From assembly GCF_963973945.1 (NCBI RefSeq), contig NZ_CAXBBV010000009.1, forward strand, positions 53,108-117,107: a stretch of DNA of 64,000 nucleotides, in the 5' to 3' direction. Position 1 is the stretch's first letter. Each line of letters starts with the position of its first letter. Below, one piece after another: positions 18,353 to 28,060 of this stretch. The notes beneath the pieces were generated by a model. The model was given only the letters and a program-made list of their open reading frames with translations. It was not told where the DNA came from and made no database searches. The translations under genes were made by a program, and so were the position numbers. The stretch comes from an uncultured Roseivirga sp. (GTDB lineage: Bacteria; Bacteroidota; Bacteroidia; Cytophagales; Cyclobacteriaceae).

Positions 18353-19129
18353 ATGAATTGTAATCATAGAAAACGGATATGCCAGTTGTTTTTGCTGGCT
18401 ATCCTTTTACTTCCAACCTCTCTTTTTGGTCAACAAGATACGCTTAGGGTGTTATTTGTGGGCAATAGTTATACCTACTTCTGGAATTTACCGCAACTGG
18501 TAACGGCCATGGCCGAATCGCAAGGTATTCCTATAATCACCCGTCAGTCTACTGTTGGCGGAAGTACTTTAGAAGAACATTGGAAAGAAGAGAAAGAAAC
18601 TAAAACTAGAGCATTATTAGAAAGTGGTGATTGGGATTATGTAGTAATGAATAATCACAGCATGAGCACTATTAATACACCAGCCGACTTTGATAAGTAC
18701 GGAAAACTGTTTGCAGAGCTTATCAAAGCTAAAGGAGCAAAGCCAGTTTTTTATATGACCTGGGCACGCAAAGCAGATCCTTCTATGCAGCCCACAATTA
18801 CAAAAGGCTACAACGAACTTGGTAAATCAACCCAATCTAATGTAGTGCCTGTTGGGGAAATATGGAAAAAGAGCATTGGGCTAAAGCCTGAAGTTGATTT
18901 GTATTTTCCAGATGGTAGTCATCCGTCTCCAGAAGGAACTTACTTGAATGCACTGGCTTTTTATAAGTTCTTAACTGGAAATGCTACGGCCGATATCCCA
19001 CATAGATTGACCAGAATTGATAAAGATGGCGAAACCATGTATTTGGCCATTATAATGGAAGATGTGGCTGACTACTTTCAAGACTTGGTAGATAGTTTCG
19101 AAATTAAAAACCTGCCATATGAGCGATAA
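18353..19129 (+). CDS. SGNH/GDSL-family hydrolase, secreted
   Basis: VLFVGNSYT (block I serine) and DGSHP (block V DxxH), with a signal peptide. Confidence 0.85.
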   Translation: MNCNHRKRICQLFLLAILLLPTSLFGQQDTLRVLFVGNSYTYFWNLPQLVTAMAESQGIPIITRQSTVGGSTLEEHWKEEKETKTRALLESGDWDYVVMNNHSMSTINTPADFDKYGKLFAELIKAKGAKPVFYMTWARKADPSMQPTITKGYNELGKSTQSNVVPVGEIWKKSIGLKPEVDLYFPDGSHPSPEGTYLNALAFYKFLTGNATADIPHRLTRIDKDGETMYLAIIMEDVADYFQDLVDSFEIKNLPYER

Positions 19130-20591
19130 ACGTAAATGGTTATCACTCTTATTAGGGCCTTTGGCTTTTGTGGTGCTCGAAATAATCGGTGGCCCTGAAA
19201 GCATGTCGGAGAGTGCATTTCACCTGTTGGCCATTACCATATGGATTGCCATTTGGTGGGTTACAGAAGCAATTCCTATTGCTGTAACCGCCCTTTTGCC
19301 TATTATTCTATTCCCAATTTTTAATGTGATGGACTTGTCCAGCACAACGGCTTCATTCGGTCATAAATATGTATTCCTTTATGTAGGTGGCTTTATTATA
19401 GCCATTGCTATTGAAAAATGGGGCTTACATAAACGTATTGCCTTGACTATTATCAATGCCATTGGTACCAATATGGTAAACATCATTTTGGGTTTTATGC
19501 TGGCTACGGCATTCCTTTCAATGTGGATTTCTAATACGGCTACTTCTGTAATGATGCTGCCAATTGGAATGGCCATTGTAAGCCAGCTTAACCAGAGTGA
19601 TTTGGCCGATAAGAAAGTATCGGGCATGTTTGGTAAGGCACTCATGTTGGCAATTGCCTATAGTGCATCTATAGGAGGAATGGCCACTTTAATTGGAACT
19701 CCACCCAATTTGGTTTTGGTAGGTGTGGTTGAAGAAACCTACGGGGTCGAAATATCATTCTTGCAATGGTTTAAGTTTGGCTTTCCTGTAGCAGTAGTAC
19801 TTCTCATTGTTTGCTGGAAATACCTTACCAAATATGCTTTTAAATTGAAGAAGGCTGAGTTTCCTGGTGGAAAACAAGAGATCAGTCGATTGTTGAAAGA
19901 GCTAGGCAAACTGAGTAGAGAAGAGAAATCCGTTCTGGCTGTATTCATTACCACGGCTTTCTGCTGGATTACACGATCGTTCATTTTACAAAAGTTTATT
20001 CCGGCTATTGACGATACCATTATTGCTATAATAGCAGGTGTGGTGCTCTTCATTCTTCCTTCGAGCAAAAAAGGAGAACGAATAATCAATTGGGAAGAAG
20101 CTGTAAAAATGCCTTGGGGCATCATCTTACTGTTTGGAGGTGGAATGGCCTTGGCCGAAGCATTTGGAACTACAGGGCTAGCTTTATGGATTGGTTCTCA
20201 AATCACTATTGTCGATGGAGTTTCAATGATTTTAATCATTCTTATTCTGGTAGCAGCCGTCAACTTCTTGACAGAACTTACTTCAAACTTAGCAACAACC
20301 GCCATGTTATTGCCTATTCTGGCACCTGTTGCTTTAGCCTTTGATATGAACCCATACATGTTGATGGTTTCGGCTACATTAGCCGCTTCTTGCGCATTTA
20401 TGCTTCCCGTAGCTACTCCACCCAATGCGGTGGTTTTCGGTTCGGGTTACTTAAGAATTCCTGACATGATGAAAGCGGGTGTTTGGATGAACCTCATCTC
20501 GATTTTCTTTATCACAGCAATGATTTATTTCCTGCTGCCCTCTCTTTGGGGCATTATTCCCGATGAGTACTCTAACCTAGTAGGAAACTAA
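19119..20591 (+). CDS. DASS/SLC13 family sodium:dicarboxylate or sulfate symporter
   Basis: Multi-TM protein with SMWISNTAT, GGMATLIGTPPN, TELTSNLATTAML and PVATPPNA motifs. It overlaps the SGNH stop. Confidence 0.92.
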   Translation: MSDKRKWLSLLLGPLAFVVLEIIGGPESMSESAFHLLAITIWIAIWWVTEAIPIAVTALLPIILFPIFNVMDLSSTTASFGHKYVFLYVGGFIIAIAIEKWGLHKRIALTIINAIGTNMVNIILGFMLATAFLSMWISNTATSVMMLPIGMAIVSQLNQSDLADKKVSGMFGKALMLAIAYSASIGGMATLIGTPPNLVLVGVVEETYGVEISFLQWFKFGFPVAVVLLIVCWKYLTKYAFKLKKAEFPGGKQEISRLLKELGKLSREEKSVLAVFITTAFCWITRSFILQKFIPAIDDTIIAIIAGVVLFILPSSKKGERIINWEEAVKMPWGIILLFGGGMALAEAFGTTGLALWIGSQITIVDGVSMILIILILVAAVNFLTELTSNLATTAMLLPILAPVALAFDMNPYMLMVSATLAASCAFMLPVATPPNAVVFGSGYLRIPDMMKAGVWMNLISIFFITAMIYFLLPSLWGIIPDEYSNLVGN

Positions 20592-20627
20592 AAATTAGAA
20601 TGACGAACAAATTTTAAAATTACTAAC

Positions 20628-22469
20628 ATGAAAAATAAACGACTGAAAATCACCATGCTCGTTCTTGCAACTCTTTTTGTTGTAAGCACTTGTAAGGACG
20701 ATGACACGCAGATTATTTCCGATTCGCTTCGCGTTCTAACAGCGAAAGTTAATGAGCAAAGCTTGAAAGATGAGCCATCGGGAGTTGATACCGAAATTAG
20801 CCTCGAACTAGTCCTTAGCCATTCACTGAATACTGCCGCTTTTGAAAGCGCTTTGTCAATTTCTTCGTCAACAGGCGAAGTGAGCAAAAGTTTTAGTTAC
20901 TCCAATTCCAATTCTATAGTAACCATTACCAATACAGAAGAACTAGACTTTGAAACAGAGTATACTATCTCTATTGTCGCAGGTGAGTATGGCGAAAATG
21001 GAAATACGTTAGATAAAACGATTTCTTACACTTTTACGGTAAGGGAGTTTGTTCCACCTAACGTTACTTTATCAAGAGATCTATCGAGTATTTCTGAGGC
21101 TGGGGGAGTAGCTACTATTACAGCTACAATGAGCGAAGCCGTAAATGAAGAAGTAACAGTTAACCTTACTTTTGCAGGAACCGCGGGCGCTACGGATTAC
21201 TTGGCCAGTGGTACTTCAATAGTAATTCCAAGCGGACAGCTTACAGGCAATATTACTGTAACCGCCATTGATGATGCAGAAACTGAAGGATTAGAAGATG
21301 TTATTGTTTCTATTGAAAGTGTAACCAATGCCATAGAGTCAACTCCCCAAGAGGTTTCTTTTAGAATAGAAGATAACGATGCGGGCGGAAGAGGTTTTAT
21401 TATCAACGAAGTACTTTTCGATCCGGCTTCTGGAGACGCTGGGGATGCGAATGGCGATGGCACAAGAAGCGCTTCTGAAGACGAATTTATTGAGTTTGTT
21501 AATGACAGTGATGTGGCGATTGACTTAAGTGGCTTTACAGTTTATGACACTGATAACTTTGCGACACTCACACCAAGACATACTTTTCCGAATGGAACAG
21601 TTGTGCCAGCACATGGCGTATATGTGCTTTTTGGTGGAGGAACGCCTTCAGGTAATTTTGGTGGAGCAGCTTTTGGTGTTTCAACTACAGGGAATCTAAA
21701 CCTGAATAATGCAGCAGATCAAATTATCATATTAGATGCTTCGGGTAACGAATTTTTGACTTTTGATGCGGCTGTTGAAGGAGCTGGAATCGATTTTGGT
21801 TCTGACCAGTCTGTAACACGTTCCCCAGATATTACAGGTGACTTTACTTTACATACAACCGCTAACGCAAGTCTGATTTACTCACCAGGAACCATGGCAG
21901 ACGGTACTGCTTTCGATATGAGTGGAGGTGGTAATGCAGGTTTAGGTTTGATCATTAATGAAGTATTATTCGATCCAGCTTCGGGAGATGCAGGAGACGC
22001 TAATGGAGATGGAACGAGAAGTGCTTCTGAGGATGAATTTATCGAATTTGTGAATGACAGCAACAGTCCAATAGACCTTAGCGGTTTTACATTATATGAT
22101 GATGGCAATTTTGCCACACTCATTCCTCGACACACATTTCCCAACGGGACAGTAATTCCTGCCCATGGAGTTTATGTATTGTTTGGTGGAGGAGCACCAG
22201 CAGGCGATTTTGGAAATGCTCAAGTAGGCGTTTCCACTACAGGAAACATGAATCTAAATAATGCAGCAGATAAGATTATTATTTTGGACGCATCTGGTAA
22301 TCCATACTTGTCATGGGATTCAGCTGTAGATGGAATAGGTCTTGATTTTGGCGCGGATCAGTCGATCACTAGATCGCCAGACATTACTGGTTCATATGTA
22401 TTGCATCAAACTGCCAATGGCGCATTGTCCTTCTCGCCTGGAAAAAAAGCAGATGGAACAGATTTTTAA
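20628..22469 (+). CDS. Lipoprotein with Ig-like (Big_5) and Calx-beta-like domains and two tandem lamin-tail domains
   Basis: Lipobox VVST-C, and two copies of IINEVLFDP...GDANGDG...EDEFIEFVN...IDLSGFT (about 21396-21911 and 21945-22466). Confidence 0.8.
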   Translation: MKNKRLKITMLVLATLFVVSTCKDDDTQIISDSLRVLTAKVNEQSLKDEPSGVDTEISLELVLSHSLNTAAFESALSISSSTGEVSKSFSYSNSNSIVTITNTEELDFETEYTISIVAGEYGENGNTLDKTISYTFTVREFVPPNVTLSRDLSSISEAGGVATITATMSEAVNEEVTVNLTFAGTAGATDYLASGTSIVIPSGQLTGNITVTAIDDAETEGLEDVIVSIESVTNAIESTPQEVSFRIEDNDAGGRGFIINEVLFDPASGDAGDANGDGTRSASEDEFIEFVNDSDVAIDLSGFTVYDTDNFATLTPRHTFPNGTVVPAHGVYVLFGGGTPSGNFGGAAFGVSTTGNLNLNNAADQIIILDASGNEFLTFDAAVEGAGIDFGSDQSVTRSPDITGDFTLHTTANASLIYSPGTMADGTAFDMSGGGNAGLGLIINEVLFDPASGDAGDANGDGTRSASEDEFIEFVNDSNSPIDLSGFTLYDDGNFATLIPRHTFPNGTVIPAHGVYVLFGGGAPAGDFGNAQVGVSTTGNMNLNNAADKIIILDASGNPYLSWDSAVDGIGLDFGADQSITRSPDITGSYVLHQTANGALSFSPGKKADGTDF

Positions 22470-22560
22470 TTTCAGACAAGTTAGTTCAATTAGTTAGTTC
22501 AAGTTCTGGGTTGTTTGGGTTTCATGTTGGCCTCGAGCAATTCCAGAACTTAATTATAAA

Positions 22561-23937
22561 ATGTATATGAGAAGAATAGGAAAGTGGTTTTATATAGTTT
22601 TATCTATGGTGGCTGTAGCGGCTTGCTCAGGTGGAGGAGACCCTGCACCTGAGAACCTGTCGCTGCTTGCAGTGAATGTAAACGGAGGGGCTTTGGCAAA
22701 CGGAGCCGAGAATTTACCAACAGAATTTCAATTGGAATTGGCTTTTTCAGCCGCCTTAAACACAGCTAAATTCGAGTCAGCTTTTAGTCTTATTGGAGGA
22801 ACTGGAAACCCATCTTACACTATTACTTATGCCAATGCTTCATCAAAAGCTATCGTTTCAATCAGCAACCTAGATTATAATACAGTGTACGATTTGGAGC
22901 TATCGGCTGGGGTTTTAGGAAACAACGGTCAGTCGTTGCAGAATGGACTTGCTCTATCTTTTACTACTCAGGAGGATGAAGTAATAAGAGACATGGCGCC
23001 ATGTACCTCTGCGTCCCAAGATTGTTACCGCTCCGTTTCTTTAGAAGATGCTTCTCAGAATACTGGTAATTTTAAATTTTACAGTACTCACCCAATTTAT
23101 CTGGAAAATGCTGAATGGGAAAAGTTGAAGTATGCTGTTATTGTAGTTCATGGAGCCAATCGTGATGCTGATAATTACTACAATTGGTTACTCAGTGCTT
23201 TAACCAATAATGGGTTGCTTGAAAACACCATTCTTATTTCTCCTGAATTTATAAGCAGTACTGGAGCAACCACCGATGACCTGTACTGGAACAGTGATTG
23301 GCGAGAAGGACAGAAGTCAACCAGTAATGCAAAGATTAGCTCCTTTGAGGCTATTGACGCTTTGTTGAATCGTTTGTCAGATAAAACTGTATTTCCAGTT
23401 TTGGAAAAAGTAATCGTTACTGGCCATTCATCGGGTGCTCTTTTCACTCAGGTATATGGAGCTACCAATGTGACTGAATCTAGTTCAAATCATTTGAGCT
23501 TCGATTATGTGGTGGCAAACAGTCAATATTTTTACTATCCAGATAATCAGCGTTATAACGAACAAAATAATCAATTCTACACACCAACGGGATGTGGTAC
23601 ATATAACCACTGGCCTTTGGGCTACGCAGGTGCTCCATCATATGTAACCACAAGAACTGAAACAGAAATTGATGCCAATTTATTGGGTAGAAACTTTACC
23701 TACTTTCTTGGTAATGGTACTGGAAGTGATTCAGCCTTAAATACTTCAGATTGTGGAGCCGTATTATTAGGTTCATCACGACTTAAAAGAGGAGAGCATA
23801 TTTACAATTGGTTGCAAACACAGTATAGTGGCCAAAATAGCTCCACCAAAGTAATTGTGAATGGCATTGGTCATGATGGCCAAGGAATGTATCAGTCAAA
23901 CAACTTTAAGAGTCTATTGGAAACGCTTTTGAAATGA
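22561..23937 (+). CDS. Lipoprotein with an Ig-like domain plus an alpha/beta hydrolase domain
   Basis: Lipobox VAA-C, VVHGANRDA, nucleophile elbow GHSSG and C-terminal GIGHDG. Confidence 0.75.
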   Translation: MYMRRIGKWFYIVLSMVAVAACSGGGDPAPENLSLLAVNVNGGALANGAENLPTEFQLELAFSAALNTAKFESAFSLIGGTGNPSYTITYANASSKAIVSISNLDYNTVYDLELSAGVLGNNGQSLQNGLALSFTTQEDEVIRDMAPCTSASQDCYRSVSLEDASQNTGNFKFYSTHPIYLENAEWEKLKYAVIVVHGANRDADNYYNWLLSALTNNGLLENTILISPEFISSTGATTDDLYWNSDWREGQKSTSNAKISSFEAIDALLNRLSDKTVFPVLEKVIVTGHSSGALFTQVYGATNVTESSSNHLSFDYVVANSQYFYYPDNQRYNEQNNQFYTPTGCGTYNHWPLGYAGAPSYVTTRTETEIDANLLGRNFTYFLGNGTGSDSALNTSDCGAVLLGSSRLKRGEHIYNWLQTQYSGQNSSTKVIVNGIGHDGQGMYQSNNFKSLLETLLK

Positions 23938-23975
23938 AGGGTTTTATTCTCCTTTCTAAAACTCGAAAGTCATAA

Positions 23976-24014
23976 AAAAGCCCCTTGTAAGAATTGAATT
24001 TACAAGGGGCTTTT
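23976..24014. terminator. Bidirectional intrinsic terminator
   Basis: AAAAGCCCCTTGTAA-N9-TTACAAGGGGCTTTT after the sus operon and facing the convergent gene. Confidence 0.85.
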
Positions 24015-24031
24015 CACAAAGTAGCATTCTT

Positions 24032-24553
24032 CTAGAAGTCGGAAAGCGTGTACTGTATCTGTAAATTGTACATGTCAGAAATCATACCGGCAGTATTTGC
24101 CCCTTGAATTCTATATGAAATACCCATTCCCGTACTTTTCAAAAACGAATCTTCATGACCAAAATCAGAAACAAGAGGAAATTCTTCACCCATTGTAAGG
24201 TTATCAAAAACGATTTCGTTAAACCCTAAATCATTTGAAATTTGATCAGCAAAAACGTGATTATATATTAAATGTAACTCTTGGGCCAATGGTAGAGCGC
24301 TACCAGATAGCATTTGCACTTCTACATTGCGTTCTTTTTTTATTGAACCTTCAGTATAAAGTGCACCAGAGTAGTTCATTAAAATATCTTGAGAAATCTC
24401 AGATCTAGAAGTTTCGAAATTATGGCTAATGCCTAAGCTGGCTAATTCAGGCATAATAAGAGTAATGCTATGCGATGCTGAATTTCCTTGTCCAAAAGCT
24501 GCTTGAGAAATAAATAAACAGATGATAGAGAGAAATTTTAATTTCTTTGTCAT
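24032..24553 (-). CDS. Hypothetical secreted beta-rich protein
   Basis: 173 aa with a signal peptide (AFG-Q), an SHSITLIMPELASL start and a QIQYTLSDF end. Confidence 0.6.
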   Translation of the reverse strand: MTKKLKFLSIICLFISQAAFGQGNSASHSITLIMPELASLGISHNFETSRSEISQDILMNYSGALYTEGSIKKERNVEVQMLSGSALPLAQELHLIYNHVFADQISNDLGFNEIVFDNLTMGEEFPLVSDFGHEDSFLKSTGMGISYRIQGANTAGMISDMYNLQIQYTLSDF

Positions 24554-24567
24554 GTTCTTTTTTTTTA

Positions 24568-24634
24568 CAAAGATAGGCCAGCTACGTTTAAAAGCCCATT
24601 AATGTCGATGAACAGCCAATAAGTACAGGTGAAC
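24568..24634 (-). promoter_or_regulatory. -7 box plus two direct repeats 21 bp apart (candidate activator site)
   Basis: On the minus strand, TATCTTTG at 24575-24568, with GTTCACC (24634-24628) and GTTCATC (24613-24607) upstream. Confidence 0.4.
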
Positions 24635-24764
24635 TGAGAATGAAACTCTTAATTCTCAGTTTAGCTTAATTCAATTTTAAATTATTCCTACTTTCATAGA
24701 ATTGATCAAATAAATTGAGAGGCAAATCACTGGCTTGTTGGTATTTTAAAATGATCATAAATGA

Positions 24765-24772
24765 TACCTTTG
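24765..24772 (+). promoter_or_regulatory. Bacteroidota -7 element for yhhQ
   Basis: TACCTTTG about 115 bp upstream of the ATG. Confidence 0.5.
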
Positions 24773-24886
24773 TGTTTTGCGTTGCCTAAAATATAAGGAG
24801 CTTTCTACAGTGCTAACAATTGTTTGAGCGTATATTTAGAAAGCCAATACTGACCAATATTCACTTTTATCGTAAAGGGTGTACTT

Positions 24887-25603
24887 ATGAGTTCTGATCA
24901 GATCAATCGAGAGTTGGAGCCTTCCAAAAAAGGTTTTAAGTACTTGCACATTGTGAGTATGGTTTTTATTACTATTCTTTTGATATCGAGTGTGCTCTCT
25001 ATTAAGATTATTACATTAGGGTTTTTAGATGCACCTGCGGGGATTATCACCTTTCCAATCACCTTTATTTCGGGCGATATTCTTGCGGAAGTATATGGCT
25101 TCAAAATTACACGCAAGGTTATTTGGACAGGCTTGTTTTGTCAGCTCCTTATGAGCTTTATGTTTTTAATTGGAGATGCGCTACCTCATCCAGATTATTG
25201 GAATTTACAAAGTGAATTTACAGCCATTGTCGGCTTTGTACCAAGAATTGTGGCTGGTTCAATGATGGCATATTTTGTTGGAGAATATGTAAATGCTGTG
25301 ATAATGTCGAAAATGAAAATTTGGGACAATGGGAAACGTTTTTGGCTTAGAGCACTGAGTTCATCCGTTGCAGGGCAAGGGCTAAATTCCATTATTTTTA
25401 CAGTCGTGGCTTTTTATGGAGTGTACTCTATCAATCAGTTACTAATTATGGTCGGTTCGGGAGTGGCAATAAAGCTAGTTTATGAGGCTTTGGCTTTACC
25501 TTTAACAACTTATATTATGAAATGGCTAAAGCGAAATGAAGGTGTCGATTCTTATGATTTTGATGTGAAATACAACATAATTGGGTCGAATGAGAACGAA
25601 TGA
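24887..25603 (+). CDS. yhhQ: Queuosine precursor transporter (VUT/YhhQ family)
   Basis: AGIITFPITFISGDILAEVYG, PRIVAGSMMAYFVGEYVNA.I.SKMK, WLRALSSSVAGQ. Confidence 0.92.
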   Translation: MSSDQINRELEPSKKGFKYLHIVSMVFITILLISSVLSIKIITLGFLDAPAGIITFPITFISGDILAEVYGFKITRKVIWTGLFCQLLMSFMFLIGDALPHPDYWNLQSEFTAIVGFVPRIVAGSMMAYFVGEYVNAVIMSKMKIWDNGKRFWLRALSSSVAGQGLNSIIFTVVAFYGVYSINQLLIMVGSGVAIKLVYEALALPLTTYIMKWLKRNEGVDSYDFDVKYNIIGSNENE

Positions 25604-25609
25604 CAATGG

Positions 25610-25972
25610 CTATACTAATAGTTCATTGATTCGGGGAATTACTTTTTCAATAAGTTGAGCTTTATCAAAAACCTCGATTTTTAAATCTGAACTCACATTA
25701 ATGTTTTCTATTTCTACCCCAGTAATAATAAGAAACTTGTCGGTTTTAAATTTTCCTGATTTGCTAAGAATAGAAGCCAATTCGGTACCAGATAGTGTCG
25801 GCATGTTTTGATCTGATATAATCAAATCATATTTTTTCTTTTCTATTAATAACAGGGCTTGGTCTCCATCCTCAGCCTCATCGATTTCAATATTATCTAC
25901 AAGTAAAGTTAAAAAATCCGCAGTCGTCTTGCGCATGTCTACATGGTCATCAATGATCAGTACATTCTTCAT
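25610..25972 (-). CDS. Single-domain response regulator (CheY-like receiver)
   Basis: MKNVLIIDDH...EAEDG...YDLIISDQNMP..SG.EL. The start is moved to ATG 25972. Confidence 0.85.
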   Translation of the reverse strand: MKNVLIIDDHVDMRKTTADFLTLLVDNIEIDEAEDGDQALLLIEKKKYDLIISDQNMPTLSGTELASILSKSGKFKTDKFLIITGVEIENINVSSDLKIEVFDKAQLIEKVIPRINELLV

Positions 25973-26806
25973 AGGTGTATAATAACAACTAGTAATAGGA
26001 AATTCGTTCGAGGAGAAAGGCCATGACACAGAATTTTGAGCAGCGAAATGGTATCCAAATGGTCAAAAGTGTAATGGTTGAGAATCAGAAATATACAATC
26101 AATTCGTGATAAATCAAGAAAGCTAACTTGAAACGTTCATTATTTTTTCTTTACAAATCCCATATTTCATGAGTTATTGATGGATTATCAGCTTTACGAC
26201 TCCCTTTTGATAGATGATTGCTTCTTGTTTAGTTTATATTTTTCACAATTTAAGTCTTTCTTATACATCGATTTTTCGTTGGGTTTTTTGCTTTTACTCA
26301 GTTATGCTTGACCTAGACGACACCCTTAAACAAAACATTTATAAAGTAGAAAGGTGGAATTAATCCACCTCTCCGAACTTCTCATTCTTACCACTTTGGA
26401 GGTGGGGCTTGTTACCATAAAATAGGCTTATGCCATTATGTAGTGTCTTTTTTAGTACTTGCTTGATAATCACTTCGTATATTCTTGTCCTGATTTAGGA
26501 CTACCTATATACTTCAACAAGTATGGAATTGGAAATAAAAGATACATCCCTATTTCGAACAATCTTCAAAGATATATTAGAACCTCTTCTTGTACTTGTT
26601 CTTTTCAATCGGTTTGAGAATTTCCCCATTTCTAGCGGGGAAAACATTCAATTCTTACTGTAGATGAGTATTTATTAACTGGTAAAGTTCTTTGAAGCTA
26701 TTTTAACATCATGTATACTGATTTTTTATAATTAGAAAGTCAGGTTTGTAGTATCTTATGATATTCATTTATTATATTTCAGCCAACTGATTTATTAACT
26801 CTAATA

Positions 26807-28060
26807 ATGAGAAATTATATTTTTGTTCTGCTATATTCTTCTGTCTTCATAAGTACTAGCTTATTTGCCCAAAACTCGTTTGATGAAGGGTTTATTATTA
26901 GCAATAGATCAGATACAACTTTTGGTTATATTCAATATAAGGCGTTTAAAAACAAGGACTCAGTTTTAGCTTTTAAAGATACAAATAAGGATGCCACACA
27001 AGAATTTACTCAATACCAAATTCAGGCATTTGGTTTTAAAGACGGAAGGTATTTTAAAGTATTAGACCTTTCTTCAATTGAGAAACTGAATGAAAAATTC
27101 TTTGCAGAGGTTTTAATAGATGGCGAAGTTTCTCTTTTCAAGCTTTCTTCGGGATTTGTTCTACTTAAAAATGATCAATTAACTTATCTTCCATTACAAG
27201 TTTCTGACTTTCGTAGATCCGATGTTAAGTTAGGAGAGCGTTTAAAATCTGAACTTAAAAGATCTAATATGTTAAGTGCAGCTGCAGTTCTAGCTGGAAG
27301 GTGTAATAGCTCACTTTTACAAGAATATGGCTTTAGTACTTCAGAAAAAAGCTTAACACGCCTTGTTAAGGCTTATAATGAATGTAGTGGCGTTAGATAT
27401 GTTGAATATAAGAATAGCTTGCCTTGGACGTCTGTCGGTTTTTCTTTGGCTACAGGGCTTGTTAGTTCTCGTATCAATTTCTTTGATAACGATCATTATA
27501 GGTTTATGGATTTAGCTGAATTTAAGAGTGTTATGTCTCTTAACGTTGGTGCTGAAATTAAAATTACCTCTCCACGTCTAAGCCAAAGAACAAACTTTAT
27601 TCTAGGGGCTTATTATCAAAAAACGGATTATTATGGTTTCTATAGTGATAATAGAGGAACGAGTTCCAACTCGAATAGTGACATATATATTAATACTACC
27701 CTGCTTAGAATGCCAGTTGGTTTTGGTTTTAAAGTGAGGCCGGGAAATTGGCTACTCAATCCAAGTTTGGGTATTAATATTAACCAGTACTTAGAGGTAG
27801 ATTATGTTAGAATAGAACAGAGGGTATATAGTAATCAAAATGGTATTACAGTGATTTCGGAATCTTATAAAAATGAATTAAGAAATGAACTCGCAACTAA
27901 TATTGGTATTTGGGTAGGTGTAGGAATTCATAAAAATATTTCCAAAAACCTTGATATTGGAATGGAATTACGCCTTGAAAACAATGCTGCTTCATTTTAT
28001 AGTATATCTTCTAATCTAAATAATTTTCAACTTATATTTAGTTTAAATTATAATAAATGA
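26807..28060 (+). CDS. Outer-membrane beta-barrel (PorT/OmpA-like) domain protein
   Basis: Signal peptide, N-terminal GFIISNRSDTTFGYI domain, alternating beta strands (LRMPVGFGF) and an aromatic C-terminus (FSLNYNK). Confidence 0.7.
   Translation: MRNYIFVLLYSSVFISTSLFAQNSFDEGFIISNRSDTTFGYIQYKAFKNKDSVLAFKDTNKDATQEFTQYQIQAFGFKDGRYFKVLDLSSIEKLNEKFFAEVLIDGEVSLFKLSSGFVLLKNDQLTYLPLQVSDFRRSDVKLGERLKSELKRSNMLSAAAVLAGRCNSSLLQEYGFSTSEKSLTRLVKAYNECSGVRYVEYKNSLPWTSVGFSLATGLVSSRINFFDNDHYRFMDLAEFKSVMSLNVGAEIKITSPRLSQRTNFILGAYYQKTDYYGFYSDNRGTSSNSNSDIYINTTLLRMPVGFGFKVRPGNWLLNPSLGININQYLEVDYVRIEQRVYSNQNGITVISESYKNELRNELATNIGIWVGVGIHKNISKNLDIGMELRLENNAASFYSISSNLNNFQLIFSLNYNK

Noticed and set aside
24773-24886. 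Canonical preQ1-I riboswitch
   Set aside because: I could not find the short P1 stem with a GUUC loop and the A-rich 3' tail. It is kept only as an unclassified structured leader.
26260-26720. Possible tyrosine-recombinase remnant (fragments YGIGNKRYIPISNNLQRYI and GKHSILTVDEYL on the plus strand)
   Set aside because: The resemblance is faint, split over frames and lacks the R-H-R catalytic motifs. A tBLASTn or HMM search against Phage_integrase would be needed, so it is not called.
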